Part shown: in pieces, positions 8,341 to 15,641 of the stretch
How positions within the stretch are numbered: position 1 is the first letter of the stretch
Layout: each line of letters begins with the position of its first letter
Virus record (IMG/VR): IMGVR_UViG_3300010362_000016
Location: 1-64,000 of that record
DNA from: a virus
Lineage: Duplodnaviria; Caudoviricetes
DNA: 64,000 bases
Strand: one strand, 5' to 3'
The notes under the pieces: model-generated
Database searches by the model: none
What the model saw: only the letters and a program-made list of their open reading frames with translations
Told to the model about the DNA's origin: nothing
Made by a program: the position numbers and the translations under genes

Positions 8341-8580
8341 CTAGCCGAGATCCTTCCACTCCCATTCCCAGGGGCCCTTCCGGGCCCCCAGGTCCGCCAG
8401 GGTCGCTCCCTCCAGTTCAAACGTGCAGTAGTCGTTGTGCCACGAAGCCTCCCCGTCGATGTAATCAGGGCCTTCCCAACGCTCCCTAACATACGTTTGG
8501 ACGTCCTTCAGGCTCGTGAACATCCGCTGCATTTCCTTCAGCCTCAGGCCTTCCTCAGCCACCCGGATTACGTAAGTCAT
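8341..8580 (-). CDS. Hypothetical protein
   Basis: MTYVIRV start, ATGA-coupled; stop 4 nt from the -35 of copy 11. Confidence 0.7.
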   Translation of the reverse strand: MTYVIRVAEEGLRLKEMQRMFTSLKDVQTYVRERWEGPDYIDGEASWHNDYCTFELEGATLADLGARKGPWEWEWKDLG

Positions 8581-8921
8581 CCTTTCCGCTCCTCGCTCCA
8601 GGCCTCCAGCGCTAACTGCGCCTCGACCACCCTCCGGTACTCCGCCGTAGCCCCACAGATCCCCCACAGAGACGCCCGGACCTTTCCCTGCCCGTCCCGC
8701 AGGATGCACCCCTCCGCCTCGTGCGGCCCATCCTGGCACTCGCACGGGCAGTCATCCGCCACCCACTCACACGTCCAGCCCTGCCCATCCGCGAACATCT
8801 CCGCCCGGGCCAGCTTCGCGGCGCAACGGGCCTTACCCGTCCGCCGGGATTCCTTTCGCGGGTCGTACCCAAACCCCGCATTCCGATAAAAGAATCCCTT
8901 CGCCTTCATGTACGCCGTCAT
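8577..8921 (-). CDS. Hypothetical protein
   Basis: 114 aa ORF; FFYRNAGFGYDP..E motif and Cys cluster. Confidence 0.75.
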   Translation of the reverse strand: MTAYMKAKGFFYRNAGFGYDPRKESRRTGKARCAAKLARAEMFADGQGWTCEWVADDCPCECQDGPHEAEGCILRDGQGKVRASLWGICGATAEYRRVVEAQLALEAWSEERKG

Positions 8922-8923
8922 CT

Positions 8924-9259
8924 TCAGTACTCCTCCGCCAGCATGATCGTCAGCACCCTCACGGTCTTCCCAGGATCTTCCGGGTGATCGCTCCCAAACT
9001 CCAAATTCGAATCGTAGTAGTCGATCTTCCAGAAGATCCTCTGTCCTTCATAGTCGAACGCCCCGAAGTCCCGCTCCCCATATGGGTCGTTGCGCCATGT
9101 GAAATCATCGAACGTCTCCACCTTCTCCCGAATCCTCGATTGGTCAGCCGGATCAAGCCCGCTGATCCCTTCGGTCTGGATCAACCGGCCCCCCACGCCC
9201 ATGGCCGTCCGGGCCAGATCATTCAACTTCGCAATCCTCTCCTGAGTAGTCATCGTCAT
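8924..9259 (-). CDS. DUF3768-family protein
   Basis: RIAKLNDLAR, NDPYGERDFG, FWKIDYYD, RVLTIMLAEEY are characteristic of DUF3768. Confidence 0.85.
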   Translation of the reverse strand: MTMTTQERIAKLNDLARTAMGVGGRLIQTEGISGLDPADQSRIREKVETFDDFTWRNDPYGERDFGAFDYEGQRIFWKIDYYDSNLEFGSDHPEDPGKTVRVLTIMLAEEY

Positions 9260-9399
9260 CCCTCGTCCCCCTCGTCCCCCTCGTCCCCTTCGTCCTCCAA
9301 GCCCTCGTCCCAGTCAATCCAGTCGATGACCTGAAGGATCTCGCTTCGCTCGATCCCTTCGATCACTTTGTTTTCCTCCCCTGGTGACATTCCTGGCAT
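9256..9399 (-). CDS. Small acidic protein (DEG repeats)
   Basis: MPGMSPGEENK...EDEGDEGDEGDEG; coupled to neighbours. Confidence 0.5.
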   Translation of the reverse strand: MPGMSPGEENKVIEGIERSEILQVIDWIDWDEGLEDEGDEGDEGDEG

Positions 9400-9554
9400 G
9401 GCATTCTCTTTCCGATCATGAGTTGTTCTTTTTGGACCCGGTCCCAGGTGGCCCTGGTCTGGTGGCCGCAGGTCAGGGTGACGGTCCAGGTCGAACCGAA
9501 TTTCCTCATGGACTCGATCCTGGGCGGGGCTGGAGCCCCGCCCCCGTCCGTCAT
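9363..9554 (-). CDS. Small Zn-binding hypothetical protein
   Basis: LTCGH...CQECH; ATGA-coupled. Confidence 0.6.
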   Translation of the reverse strand: MTDGGGAPAPPRIESMRKFGSTWTVTLTCGHQTRATWDRVQKEQLMIGKRMPCQECHQGRKTK

Positions 9555-9805
9555 CGGACCTCCTTCGCCAGATCGCCCACGCACGCCACGAAGCGAATCC
9601 CATGGACCGGCGTCATCCGGTTCAGCCGGGCGGCGCAGTTCCGAGCCCCCTCCAGGCTGTAGCCCAGGAAGGCCTCCTTCGGATTCGTCGAAACGAACCC
9701 TTCCCCGGCCCGTCCGGTGTACCAGAGGGTTCCGCCCTCGGCGGTACGCCCTACGATGGGAACCATCTCGTTCCCGCTCTCTGCAACAACCACTGGGGTT
9801 TTCAT
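9551..9805 (-). CDS. Hypothetical protein
   Basis: ATG 9805 is 7 nt from the -10 of copy 12. Confidence 0.75.
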   Translation of the reverse strand: MKTPVVVAESGNEMVPIVGRTAEGGTLWYTGRAGEGFVSTNPKEAFLGYSLEGARNCAARLNRMTPVHGIRFVACVGDLAKEVR

Positions 9806-9812
9806 ACTTCCT

Positions 9813-9841
9813 AATATAGCACGTACGTGCGTACGTGTCAA
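9813..9841 (-). promoter_or_regulatory. Repeat promoter/operator copy 12 (17-bp spacer)
   Basis: aatata gcacgtacgtgcgtacg tgtcaa. Confidence 0.88.
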
Positions 9842-9846
9842 GCCCT

Positions 9847-10062
9847 TCACAACGATTTCTTTTTGACCTCCGAGCCAAAGACCAGCCGCCAACGCCTCAG
9901 TCCTTTCTTCGAATGCTTATCGAAGTACTCCTCCGCCAGCTTCTCGTCCGGCGACCGGAACACTGTAGACCACCTGCCCCAGCTTCCCGTCCGCCCATAG
10001 CCCCATCCCCGGTTCACCACCCCCAAAAAGTCCGCCGACTGCACCCGATATTGCTTATTCAT
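9847..10062 (-). CDS. Hypothetical protein
   Basis: MNKQYRV start; stop 5 nt from the -35 of copy 12. Confidence 0.6.
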   Translation of the reverse strand: MNKQYRVQSADFLGVVNRGWGYGRTGSWGRWSTVFRSPDEKLAEEYFDKHSKKGLRRWRLVFGSEVKKKSL

Positions 10063-10369
10063 AATGCGGTCGCTTCTCCGGGAACTCGCCCGGCGCGTTG
10101 TCCTCATGCACATGGGCCTCGTAGAACCCGTCGCTGAGCACTGAGGATTTGTCGCGCCTCCCCTGATTCGGGCCCCAGGCCCTGGAACGCAACCTACGGT
10201 TCAACCTCCACGCGTAGTGGTAAGCCCGATCCGACGACCGGAACATCCGGCAGGTCCTCACCAACGAGCCCGCGTCGTACCACCAGCCGCCCTCCTCCGG
10301 CCCGCCATACATCCGGGCCACGTCATAAACCGACACGAAATAATTGTGCCGTTCGCTTCGCTCACTCAT
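10055..10369 (-). CDS. Hypothetical protein
   Basis: YGGPEEGGWWYDAG motif typical of small phage proteins. Confidence 0.75.
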   Translation of the reverse strand: MSERSERHNYFVSVYDVARMYGGPEEGGWWYDAGSLVRTCRMFRSSDRAYHYAWRLNRRLRSRAWGPNQGRRDKSSVLSDGFYEAHVHEDNAPGEFPEKRPHYE

Positions 10370-10655
10370 TTCCACCACCCTTGGGCGCGTGCTTGGCGCA
10401 AGCCCAGCCCCACCCCAGAATCAATTTCCCCTTATTCCTACAACCCCGGTTCCGCTTGTCGTCCAGGAACGCCTCGCACCGGCCCTGACGGGCCGGGGCT
10501 CCTACCTCCGTGACCACCTTCAACGTCTCCGGCCTGAAGACGTCCCAGTAATGCCCCAGGCTCACGCTCACCAGCCCGTCCTGGGCGTAGCCCAGGACGG
10601 TTCCAATCCGCCCCTGGGAGGTCTCGACCTGGGTTCCTTTTTTGAACTCGCTCAT
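10362..10655 (-). CDS. Hypothetical protein (SH3-like N-terminus, Cys-rich C-terminus)
   Basis: ATG 10655 is 7 nt from the -10 of copy 13. Confidence 0.7.
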   Translation of the reverse strand: MSEFKKGTQVETSQGRIGTVLGYAQDGLVSVSLGHYWDVFRPETLKVVTEVGAPARQGRCEAFLDDKRNRGCRNKGKLILGWGWACAKHAPKGGGNE

Positions 10656-10662
10656 GTCAACC

Positions 10663-10692
10663 ACTATATCACATACGTGCTGACGTTGTCAA
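10663..10692 (-). promoter_or_regulatory. Repeat promoter/operator copy 13
   Basis: actata tc acatacgt gctgacgt tgtcaa. Confidence 0.88.
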
Positions 10693-10967
10693 GCCCCCCG
10701 GTTCACAATCACCTTCATAGTCCGTTCGCTGACGTCACAGATGCGAATCAATCCAAGCTCCGAATCCGGAAGGCTCAACAACTTCTCGATCCCGCCGCGC
10801 CGCCGGACCACGCATTGGGGATGAGCGTACCTCTGGAACGCTCCGTGCTGCGGCTCCTTCGGCAGCGCAACTACCAGGGAACCCGCCGGACAATCGCCCA
10901 CCTTGTAAAAGCCGATTCCTCCGCAAGCGATGCAATGTTCCATGCTTCTAACAGAATGGCTATTCAT
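10689..10967 (-). CDS. Small Cys-containing hypothetical protein
   Basis: Stop is the TGA within TTGACA of copy 13. Confidence 0.65.
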   Translation of the reverse strand: MNSHSVRSMEHCIACGGIGFYKVGDCPAGSLVVALPKEPQHGAFQRYAHPQCVVRRRGGIEKLLSLPDSELGLIRICDVSERTMKVIVNRGA

Positions 10968-10970
10968 GCG

Positions 10971-11198
10971 TCATTTTCCCCAGACGTCCGGCAGCATCAC
11001 CCGGCAAATCGCCTCAAACAATCCATCAATCGCCTTCAGCGGCACGTCCCCAAAATCCGAAACCCCCCGCAGAACAACCATAACCTCCCTGGCGATCATC
11101 GCCTCCTTCAACCCGTCCCCAAGCTCCCGGTACACCGGATCATTAGCCAATTTTTTCGTAATGATCTTGACTTGCGCTTTCTCCCAGTTCTTCGTCAT
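10971..11198 (-). CDS. Hypothetical protein
   Basis: MTKNWEK start, ATGA-coupled. Confidence 0.6.
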   Translation of the reverse strand: MTKNWEKAQVKIITKKLANDPVYRELGDGLKEAMIAREVMVVLRGVSDFGDVPLKAIDGLFEAICRVMLPDVWGK

Positions 11199-11635
11199 CC
11201 CCGCTCCACCACCTTCTCCTCCCGCCCCGGCGTCGCCTCCGACTCGATCTCCTCCCGCCATCTCTCCACGTCCTTCAGGTCGTTCGACCAGTCCTTCTCC
11301 ACGGTCCTCACTTCGCCGCTCAACCGGCTAAGGAACGTCACCACCCTCACATACTTCGCCGTCGCCCGGAACTCCTCCAGCTTCACCCGGTCCACGCAGG
11401 AAACATTCCACCACGCCCCCCTGAATTTAACGATCTTGTCCCCCGTCAGGAACCCGCAAGGGGTATCCTTCACGAACGAGCCCCAGCCCTCTCCAGCCGA
11501 GTGGATCTTCCCGCAGCCGCACTTGCCCTTGTGCCGCGCCGCGAACGGGACCATCCCGTACGCCTTCACCTGCGCGTCCTTCAGCCTCGCGGCCTGAAGT
11601 TCCCGGTAAGCCATCCTTTGTTTCAGCGTGCTCAT
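11195..11635 (-). CDS. Hypothetical protein
   Basis: ATG 11635 is 7 nt from the -10 of copy 14. Confidence 0.75.
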   Translation of the reverse strand: MSTLKQRMAYRELQAARLKDAQVKAYGMVPFAARHKGKCGCGKIHSAGEGWGSFVKDTPCGFLTGDKIVKFRGAWWNVSCVDRVKLEEFRATAKYVRVVTFLSRLSGEVRTVEKDWSNDLKDVERWREEIESEATPGREEKVVERG

Positions 11636-11642
11636 ATCAACC

Positions 11643-11672
11643 ACTATACCACGTACGTCACTACGTTGTCAA
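11643..11672 (-). promoter_or_regulatory. Repeat promoter/operator copy 14
   Basis: actata cc acgtacgt cactacgt tgtcaa. Confidence 0.9.
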
Positions 11673-11674
11673 GC

Positions 11675-11950
11675 TCATCCAAAAAAGCGCTCCAGGGCCT
11701 GCATGATCATCTGCTTCGGAGTCCCTGACAATTCCAGTTCCTCCAGGTCCACGTCGTCCACCGAGTAGGTAGGATAGGCCGGGTAGATTTCCCCGGCCTC
11801 CTCTCTCTTTTTAGCTTCCGCGACGTCCTCGGCGTAGCCGCGCTTCAGGCTGGCCAGCCCGGCGGCTCGTTTCTTCTGGGACCAGAAGAACCACCGCACG
11901 AAACCATCAGGAGCAGCCTCGTCCCGGTAGGTGAGAAAATAAAGCGTCAT
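11675..11950 (-). CDS. Hypothetical protein
   Basis: 91 aa; stop 2 nt from the -35 of copy 14. Confidence 0.7.
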   Translation of the reverse strand: MTLYFLTYRDEAAPDGFVRWFFWSQKKRAAGLASLKRGYAEDVAEAKKREEAGEIYPAYPTYSVDDVDLEELELSGTPKQMIMQALERFFG

Positions 11951-11957
11951 CTCCTTC

Positions 11958-12206
11958 TCAAAGGACTTCCCACCAGCGGCAACTCAACGCCAGCCGTGGA
12001 TCATCGGTAGGCTGACCGTTCGCGTCCAGCGCGTCGGAGATCATCTTCTTATCCCCAAAAGCCGTCAGCTTCACCTCGCCCATCGGCCCGTCGAACATGA
12101 CCGTGATTTTCCTCGCGTCCGGGCTGGTTTCCGTAATCGTCCCGTCCCACTTCACCGGGCTACCCTCAACCTTCATCCGGATGCGTTGTTCCTTCTTCGT
12201 CGCCAT
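11958..12206 (-). CDS. Hypothetical protein
   Basis: 82 aa ORF in a tightly packed operon. Confidence 0.65.
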   Translation of the reverse strand: MATKKEQRIRMKVEGSPVKWDGTITETSPDARKITVMFDGPMGEVKLTAFGDKKMISDALDANGQPTDDPRLALSCRWWEVL

Positions 12207-12452
12207 TTAAACGGCCCCCCACGGTTTGATTCCAGTCAATCCCTTACGGCTGATCAGCTTCGGTTCGCATCCCTTATTCCAGGTCAATGCGCCATCGAAC
12301 TCGCTAACCGTGGTGTCCGGATGGCAGAGGTACGCCACATAGCGCCTGGGGCGTGATGCGTTCTTTACCGCTTCCTCCAACAGAGGCGCACGTCCCCAGC
12401 AGTGGTTGTCTCCAACCACGATCACATCCCAGTCTTTAATGTTTATTTCCAT
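12207..12452 (-). CDS. Hypothetical protein
   Basis: 81 aa ORF; AAGGA RBS. Confidence 0.7.
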   Translation of the reverse strand: MEINIKDWDVIVVGDNHCWGRAPLLEEAVKNASRPRRYVAYLCHPDTTVSEFDGALTWNKGCEPKLISRKGLTGIKPWGAV

Positions 12453-12465
12453 GTCGTCCTTTTCC

Positions 12466-12753
12466 TTATTCCCACAGAACCCTGTGGATCAAAATTGCGT
12501 TGCCCACGATCTCGGTGTTGGCCAGCGTGGAGGCGTTCGAGTTGAACGGTAGGCCCAGGCGTCTGCCGTCCTCGTTCACGATCATGTCCAGGGCAGGCTT
12601 CAACGGAACGTGCTCGATGTAGCCGCCCACCAGGGCCTGGAGTTCCGCCAGGGTGAATTTATCGCCCTTGGGGCTGATATCCGCCATGGAGCCATCCGGG
12701 CGGATTAACCGGGCCGTCCTGGGCGTCTTAGCCGTCTTCTCTGTTTTCTTCAT
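12466..12753 (-). CDS. DUF3846-family protein
   Basis: LAELQALVGGYIE, MIVNEDG, N..AS, IVGNAIL motifs; ATG 7 nt from copy 15. Confidence 0.82.
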   Translation of the reverse strand: MKKTEKTAKTPRTARLIRPDGSMADISPKGDKFTLAELQALVGGYIEHVPLKPALDMIVNEDGRRLGLPFNSNASTLANTEIVGNAILIHRVLWE

Positions 12754-12760
12754 CTCTTCA

Positions 12761-12790
12761 ACTATACCACGTATGTCACTACGTTGTCAA
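12761..12790 (-). promoter_or_regulatory. Repeat promoter/operator copy 15
   Basis: actata cc acgtatgt cactacgt tgtcaa. Confidence 0.9.
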
Positions 12791-13048
12791 GTCCTCGTCT
12801 TCCACATATTCCGGCTCCGGCCACTCCTCAACCGGCGGCGCGGGCCGCTGCTTCTCCAGGTCCCCACACACGATACAACCGTGCTTCGGGCACACCGGCC
12901 CATGAAACGGATCAACCCCGCAGTCAGGACCGTCCAGTTCCACCCCGTCATGACAAACCGGGCAATCCAGCGGACCTTCGGAACCGAAGGCTTCATCAAT
13001 ATGCCGCTGGGTGCATCCAGGCGGCAGGCTCCATCCAAATTTGCTCAT
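12779..13048 (-). CDS. Small Cys-rich hypothetical protein
   Basis: FGWSLPPGC motif; ATG 6 nt from copy 16; reads through the -35 of copy 15. Confidence 0.72.
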   Translation of the reverse strand: MSKFGWSLPPGCTQRHIDEAFGSEGPLDCPVCHDGVELDGPDCGVDPFHGPVCPKHGCIVCGDLEKQRPAPPVEEWPEPEYVEDEDLTT

Positions 13049-13054
13049 ATTCAT

Positions 13055-13084
13055 ACAATATCACGTACGTCGCGACGTTGTCAA
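13055..13084 (-). promoter_or_regulatory. Repeat promoter/operator copy 16
   Basis: acaata tc acgtacgt cgcgacgt tgtcaa. Confidence 0.88.
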
Positions 13085-13086
13085 GG

Positions 13087-13109
13087 CCCGGGGGGCTGGG
13101 CCCCCCGGG
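13087..13109. terminator. GC-rich hairpin between a stop codon and promoter copy 16
   Basis: cccggggggc-tgg-gccccccggg; no clear U-tract. Confidence 0.45.
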
Positions 13110-13112
13110 GTT

Positions 13113-13934
13113 TCACCCCTTGTTCTCCAGGACCTTCGGGCGGGAGATCTTCGTTTGCTTCTCCTCTTTGTATTCACTGTGCTCCGCCACGGTCGCCTTC
13201 ACCTTCACCGTCTCGCCCTTGCCCGCGAAATTCCCGCTGCCCTTGTAAACGATCCGGTTCCCTGCCGCGTCGCGGCACAGGTAAATCGAGGAAGGCGCGA
13301 AGCCGTAAGCCAGGGCCGGGAGGTGAATCACATGATCCACGGTCACCTCGAACTCCATCCGCTTCCCAACCTCACCGACATACTGCGAAGCCATCCGGGC
13401 CTCAGCCTTGGCCTTCAGCCGGTCCAGGCTCCGCTTCGCAGCGTCCACCTGCGGCCCGGTCAGCGAACCCCAGGTCTTCAGCTTCGCCACGAGGTCCGCC
13501 AGGAACATGTCCCCCGGCAGAGCTTCCATTGCTTCCACCAGCCCAGGGTTCTCCGCCTCGAACGCCTCCAGCTTCTTCGCCAGTTCAACTTCCTTCTCGA
13601 TCCTCGCCGCTTCGGCCTTCTCAGCCTTTTTCGCGTCACGCTTCGCCTGAGCCACGTTCAATTTCTCCAGTCTGTCCGCCTTATACAACCGCTCCGTCCT
13701 CACCGGCCCGATTCCAGTCCCCTGGCACTCGTAGCAGGTCCATCCGGTGAATCTCCATGCCATCGATCCGCCCGCGCCGCCGCAGCGTCCGCAGCGATCC
13801 TGATACGAATACTTCGCCGTCCCCTTCGCCTCATCCACGGAATGAACCCGGCCCTGGTACGTCGTCCCTTCCCTGGTCAGCCAGGAAGCCACCGGCTCCG
13901 TCGCCGTCGTCATCGTCTCTACTGTCGTCGTCAT
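13113..13934 (-). CDS. Zn-finger (CxxCxGxG x2) plus OB-fold-like nucleic-acid-binding protein
   Basis: CGRCGGAG...CYECQGTG; C-terminal beta-rich domain; ATG 7 nt from copy 17. Confidence 0.75.
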   Translation of the reverse strand: MTTTVETMTTATEPVASWLTREGTTYQGRVHSVDEAKGTAKYSYQDRCGRCGGAGGSMAWRFTGWTCYECQGTGIGPVRTERLYKADRLEKLNVAQAKRDAKKAEKAEAARIEKEVELAKKLEAFEAENPGLVEAMEALPGDMFLADLVAKLKTWGSLTGPQVDAAKRSLDRLKAKAEARMASQYVGEVGKRMEFEVTVDHVIHLPALAYGFAPSSIYLCRDAAGNRIVYKGSGNFAGKGETVKVKATVAEHSEYKEEKQTKISRPKVLENKG

Positions 13935-13941
13935 ATTTAAT

Positions 13942-13970
13942 ATACTAGCAGACGTACGTGTGTATGTCAA
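13942..13970 (-). promoter_or_regulatory. Repeat promoter/operator copy 17 (17-bp spacer)
   Basis: atacta gcagacgtacgtgtgta tgtcaa. Confidence 0.82.
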
Positions 13971-13998
13971 GCCCCCGGCTAATTATTTTCCCCGAGCC

Positions 13999-14847
13999 TC
14001 ACGCGCACTGCGGCCACATCTCCGCCGCGACGGCCTTCGGCACGTATCCATCCTTCAGCTTGTCCTGGATCTGGACCAGCGACAGCTTCGCCTTGAACGT
14101 GTGATTCATCCGCTTCTCGGCTCCGACATATTCGTCCAGTAGTTCCGGGTTGTGATACCCGGCCAGCAGCAACGCCTCCGGCGGCGCAAAAATACAAAAC
14201 ACGCAACTCAACCTGGGCATCCCCAGGTCATAAGCGAAGTGATACTTCAATCCCTTCTCGCGAATGTAAGCCCACACCTCAACCTCGCTCCAGGCCTGGA
14301 TCGGCAACCAGTTCTCCACAGTCCTACGCCCGTTGCTTACCCTGGTATTAACCTCCAGCACCGGCTTCTCGGCCCGCTTCGGGCTCTCCTCGGCCCGCAA
14401 TCCCATACAATTCAGAATCCTCACCGGGCGTCCCTTATACCGCGAATTGATATTCCCGGGCTTATTCAACCCCGCGCTAAGGTTCTCCATGATGAACTCA
14501 TTGGTCAAGGCCGTGATCAGAACTTCAACCTGACCTCGCTTCTGGTCCGAGGTACACCAGCGGTTCCCGGAGTCCGGCCACTTCCCTCTCTCAAACTCGG
14601 CTTGGTGGAGCAAGTCGCCCTGGGGGCGGCTTACGACATACATAGGCACCCCGTACTTATCGCACTGCTCCTGAGCCAGGGCCTTCGTCCCCTTCCATTC
14701 CACCCTTCCCAGGTCACAGTGAACCGCTTCCACCCTCTCAGCTACTCCTTGATCAACAGCCATCCCGTAAACGTAATCGAGCATCGCGAGGGAGTCCTTC
14801 CCGGCGGAGGTGTTGATCAGGATCACGTCGTATTGCGTCAGGTCCAT
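13999..14847 (-). CDS. Phosphoadenosine phosphosulfate reductase-family (PP-loop) protein
   Basis: SAGKDS PP-loop, WCTSDQKR, GLRAEESPKR, PRLSCVFC; ATG 7 nt from copy 18. Confidence 0.87.
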   Translation of the reverse strand: MDLTQYDVILINTSAGKDSLAMLDYVYGMAVDQGVAERVEAVHCDLGRVEWKGTKALAQEQCDKYGVPMYVVSRPQGDLLHQAEFERGKWPDSGNRWCTSDQKRGQVEVLITALTNEFIMENLSAGLNKPGNINSRYKGRPVRILNCMGLRAEESPKRAEKPVLEVNTRVSNGRRTVENWLPIQAWSEVEVWAYIREKGLKYHFAYDLGMPRLSCVFCIFAPPEALLLAGYHNPELLDEYVGAEKRMNHTFKAKLSLVQIQDKLKDGYVPKAVAAEMWPQCA

Positions 14848-14854
14848 GTAAGAC

Positions 14855-14883
14855 ACTATAGCACATACGTGAGTAAGTGTCAA
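14855..14883 (-). promoter_or_regulatory. Repeat promoter/operator copy 18 (17-bp spacer)
   Basis: actata gcacatacgtgagtaag tgtcaa. Confidence 0.88.
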
Positions 14884-14947
14884 GCACTTCCGCAAAGAAA
14901 CCGTCGAATTTTCGTCCGGCCCGAGGTATCATGGAATTTCATCCTCT

Positions 14948-14977
14948 ATCCTAGCACATACGTGCGTACGTTGTCCA
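14948..14977 (-). promoter_or_regulatory. Repeat promoter/operator copy 19 (degenerate hexamers)
   Basis: atccta gc acatacgt gcgtacgt tgtcca = TGGACA-18-TAGGAT; boxes intact. Confidence 0.7.
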
Positions 14978-15096
14978 GTTACTCGGAACTTGTAACGGTT
15001 CCGTTCAACGTTCGTAACGAAGTCGTAACGTCGTCGGCGTTACTTGCGCGGATGACCCCTCTCGACCGTTTTTTACGCCTGGATGCTCCATCGGAC

Positions 15097-15128
15097 CCGG
15101 CCTGAAAATTTACAAATTTTCAGACCGG
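15097..15128. repeat. 32-bp near-perfect palindrome at the transcription divergence point
   Basis: ccggcctgaaaattt-ac-aaattttcagaccgg; arms match at 14/15. Confidence 0.8.
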
Positions 15129-15263
15129 CTATTCCCAAAATCCCCTTACTTCAAAAAAGTCGTTTTGACTTTTCCCCTTTTTGAATAAGTCCCCAAAACG
15201 TACACCTGTCCGAATCCCGACACTCTTGCATGCAAAATCCTTCCATGCCAGAATGGGGAAAAT

Positions 15264-15641
15264 TTGGAGAAAAATCCTATCAAATCCAAATCTAAGTCTC
15301 CCCGACCTTCCCGAACATCCCCCAACGGAACTCCTCCGGGTTCGTCCAGGCAACCCAAAGGCAAACGTCTCCGGGCCGGTCGCCCGCCTTCAGGACTCTA
15401 TCCCCAGTTCTCCCGAACTGACCTTGCCAAGCAACTCAACACCACTGTCCGGACCATTTCCAGGGTCCTTCTTGGTGAGCGAAAATGCACCATGAGCCAG
15501 GGCCTTCGCCTCGCTCACATCTTCGGAGTCTCGGTCGAGCGTCTCGACCGGCAACTCCGCACCGCCCAGGATCGGTTTCTCCGCTCAGTCAAGAAACGCC
15601 GCCGGGACTCTCCTCAAGGATCTCCGAGAGGTCCAAGATGA
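15264..15641 (+). CDS. XRE-family helix-turn-helix regulator
   Basis: SRTDLAKQLNTTVRTISRVLLGERKCT...LAHIFGVSVE. Confidence 0.82.
   Translation: MEKNPIKSKSKSPRPSRTSPNGTPPGSSRQPKGKRLRAGRPPSGLYPQFSRTDLAKQLNTTVRTISRVLLGERKCTMSQGLRLAHIFGVSVERLDRQLRTAQDRFLRSVKKRRRDSPQGSPRGPR

Noticed and set aside
10344-13940. Long plus-strand ORFs (10344..11597, 12653..13750, 13011..13940) and similar antisense ORFs elsewhere
   Set aside because: Shadow frames of GC-rich genes on the opposite strand; they cross promoters, are Pro/Arg-rich and have no motifs
155-14977. Repeats as a CRISPR array
   Set aside because: Spacing is 90-1900 bp and filled with ORFs; the repeats are promoter-shaped; no cas operon
155-14977. 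Repeats as integron attC or Xer/dif sites
   Set aside because: No attC R/L-box hairpin and no dif 11-6-11 layout; the integrase is a standard phage type with its own attP
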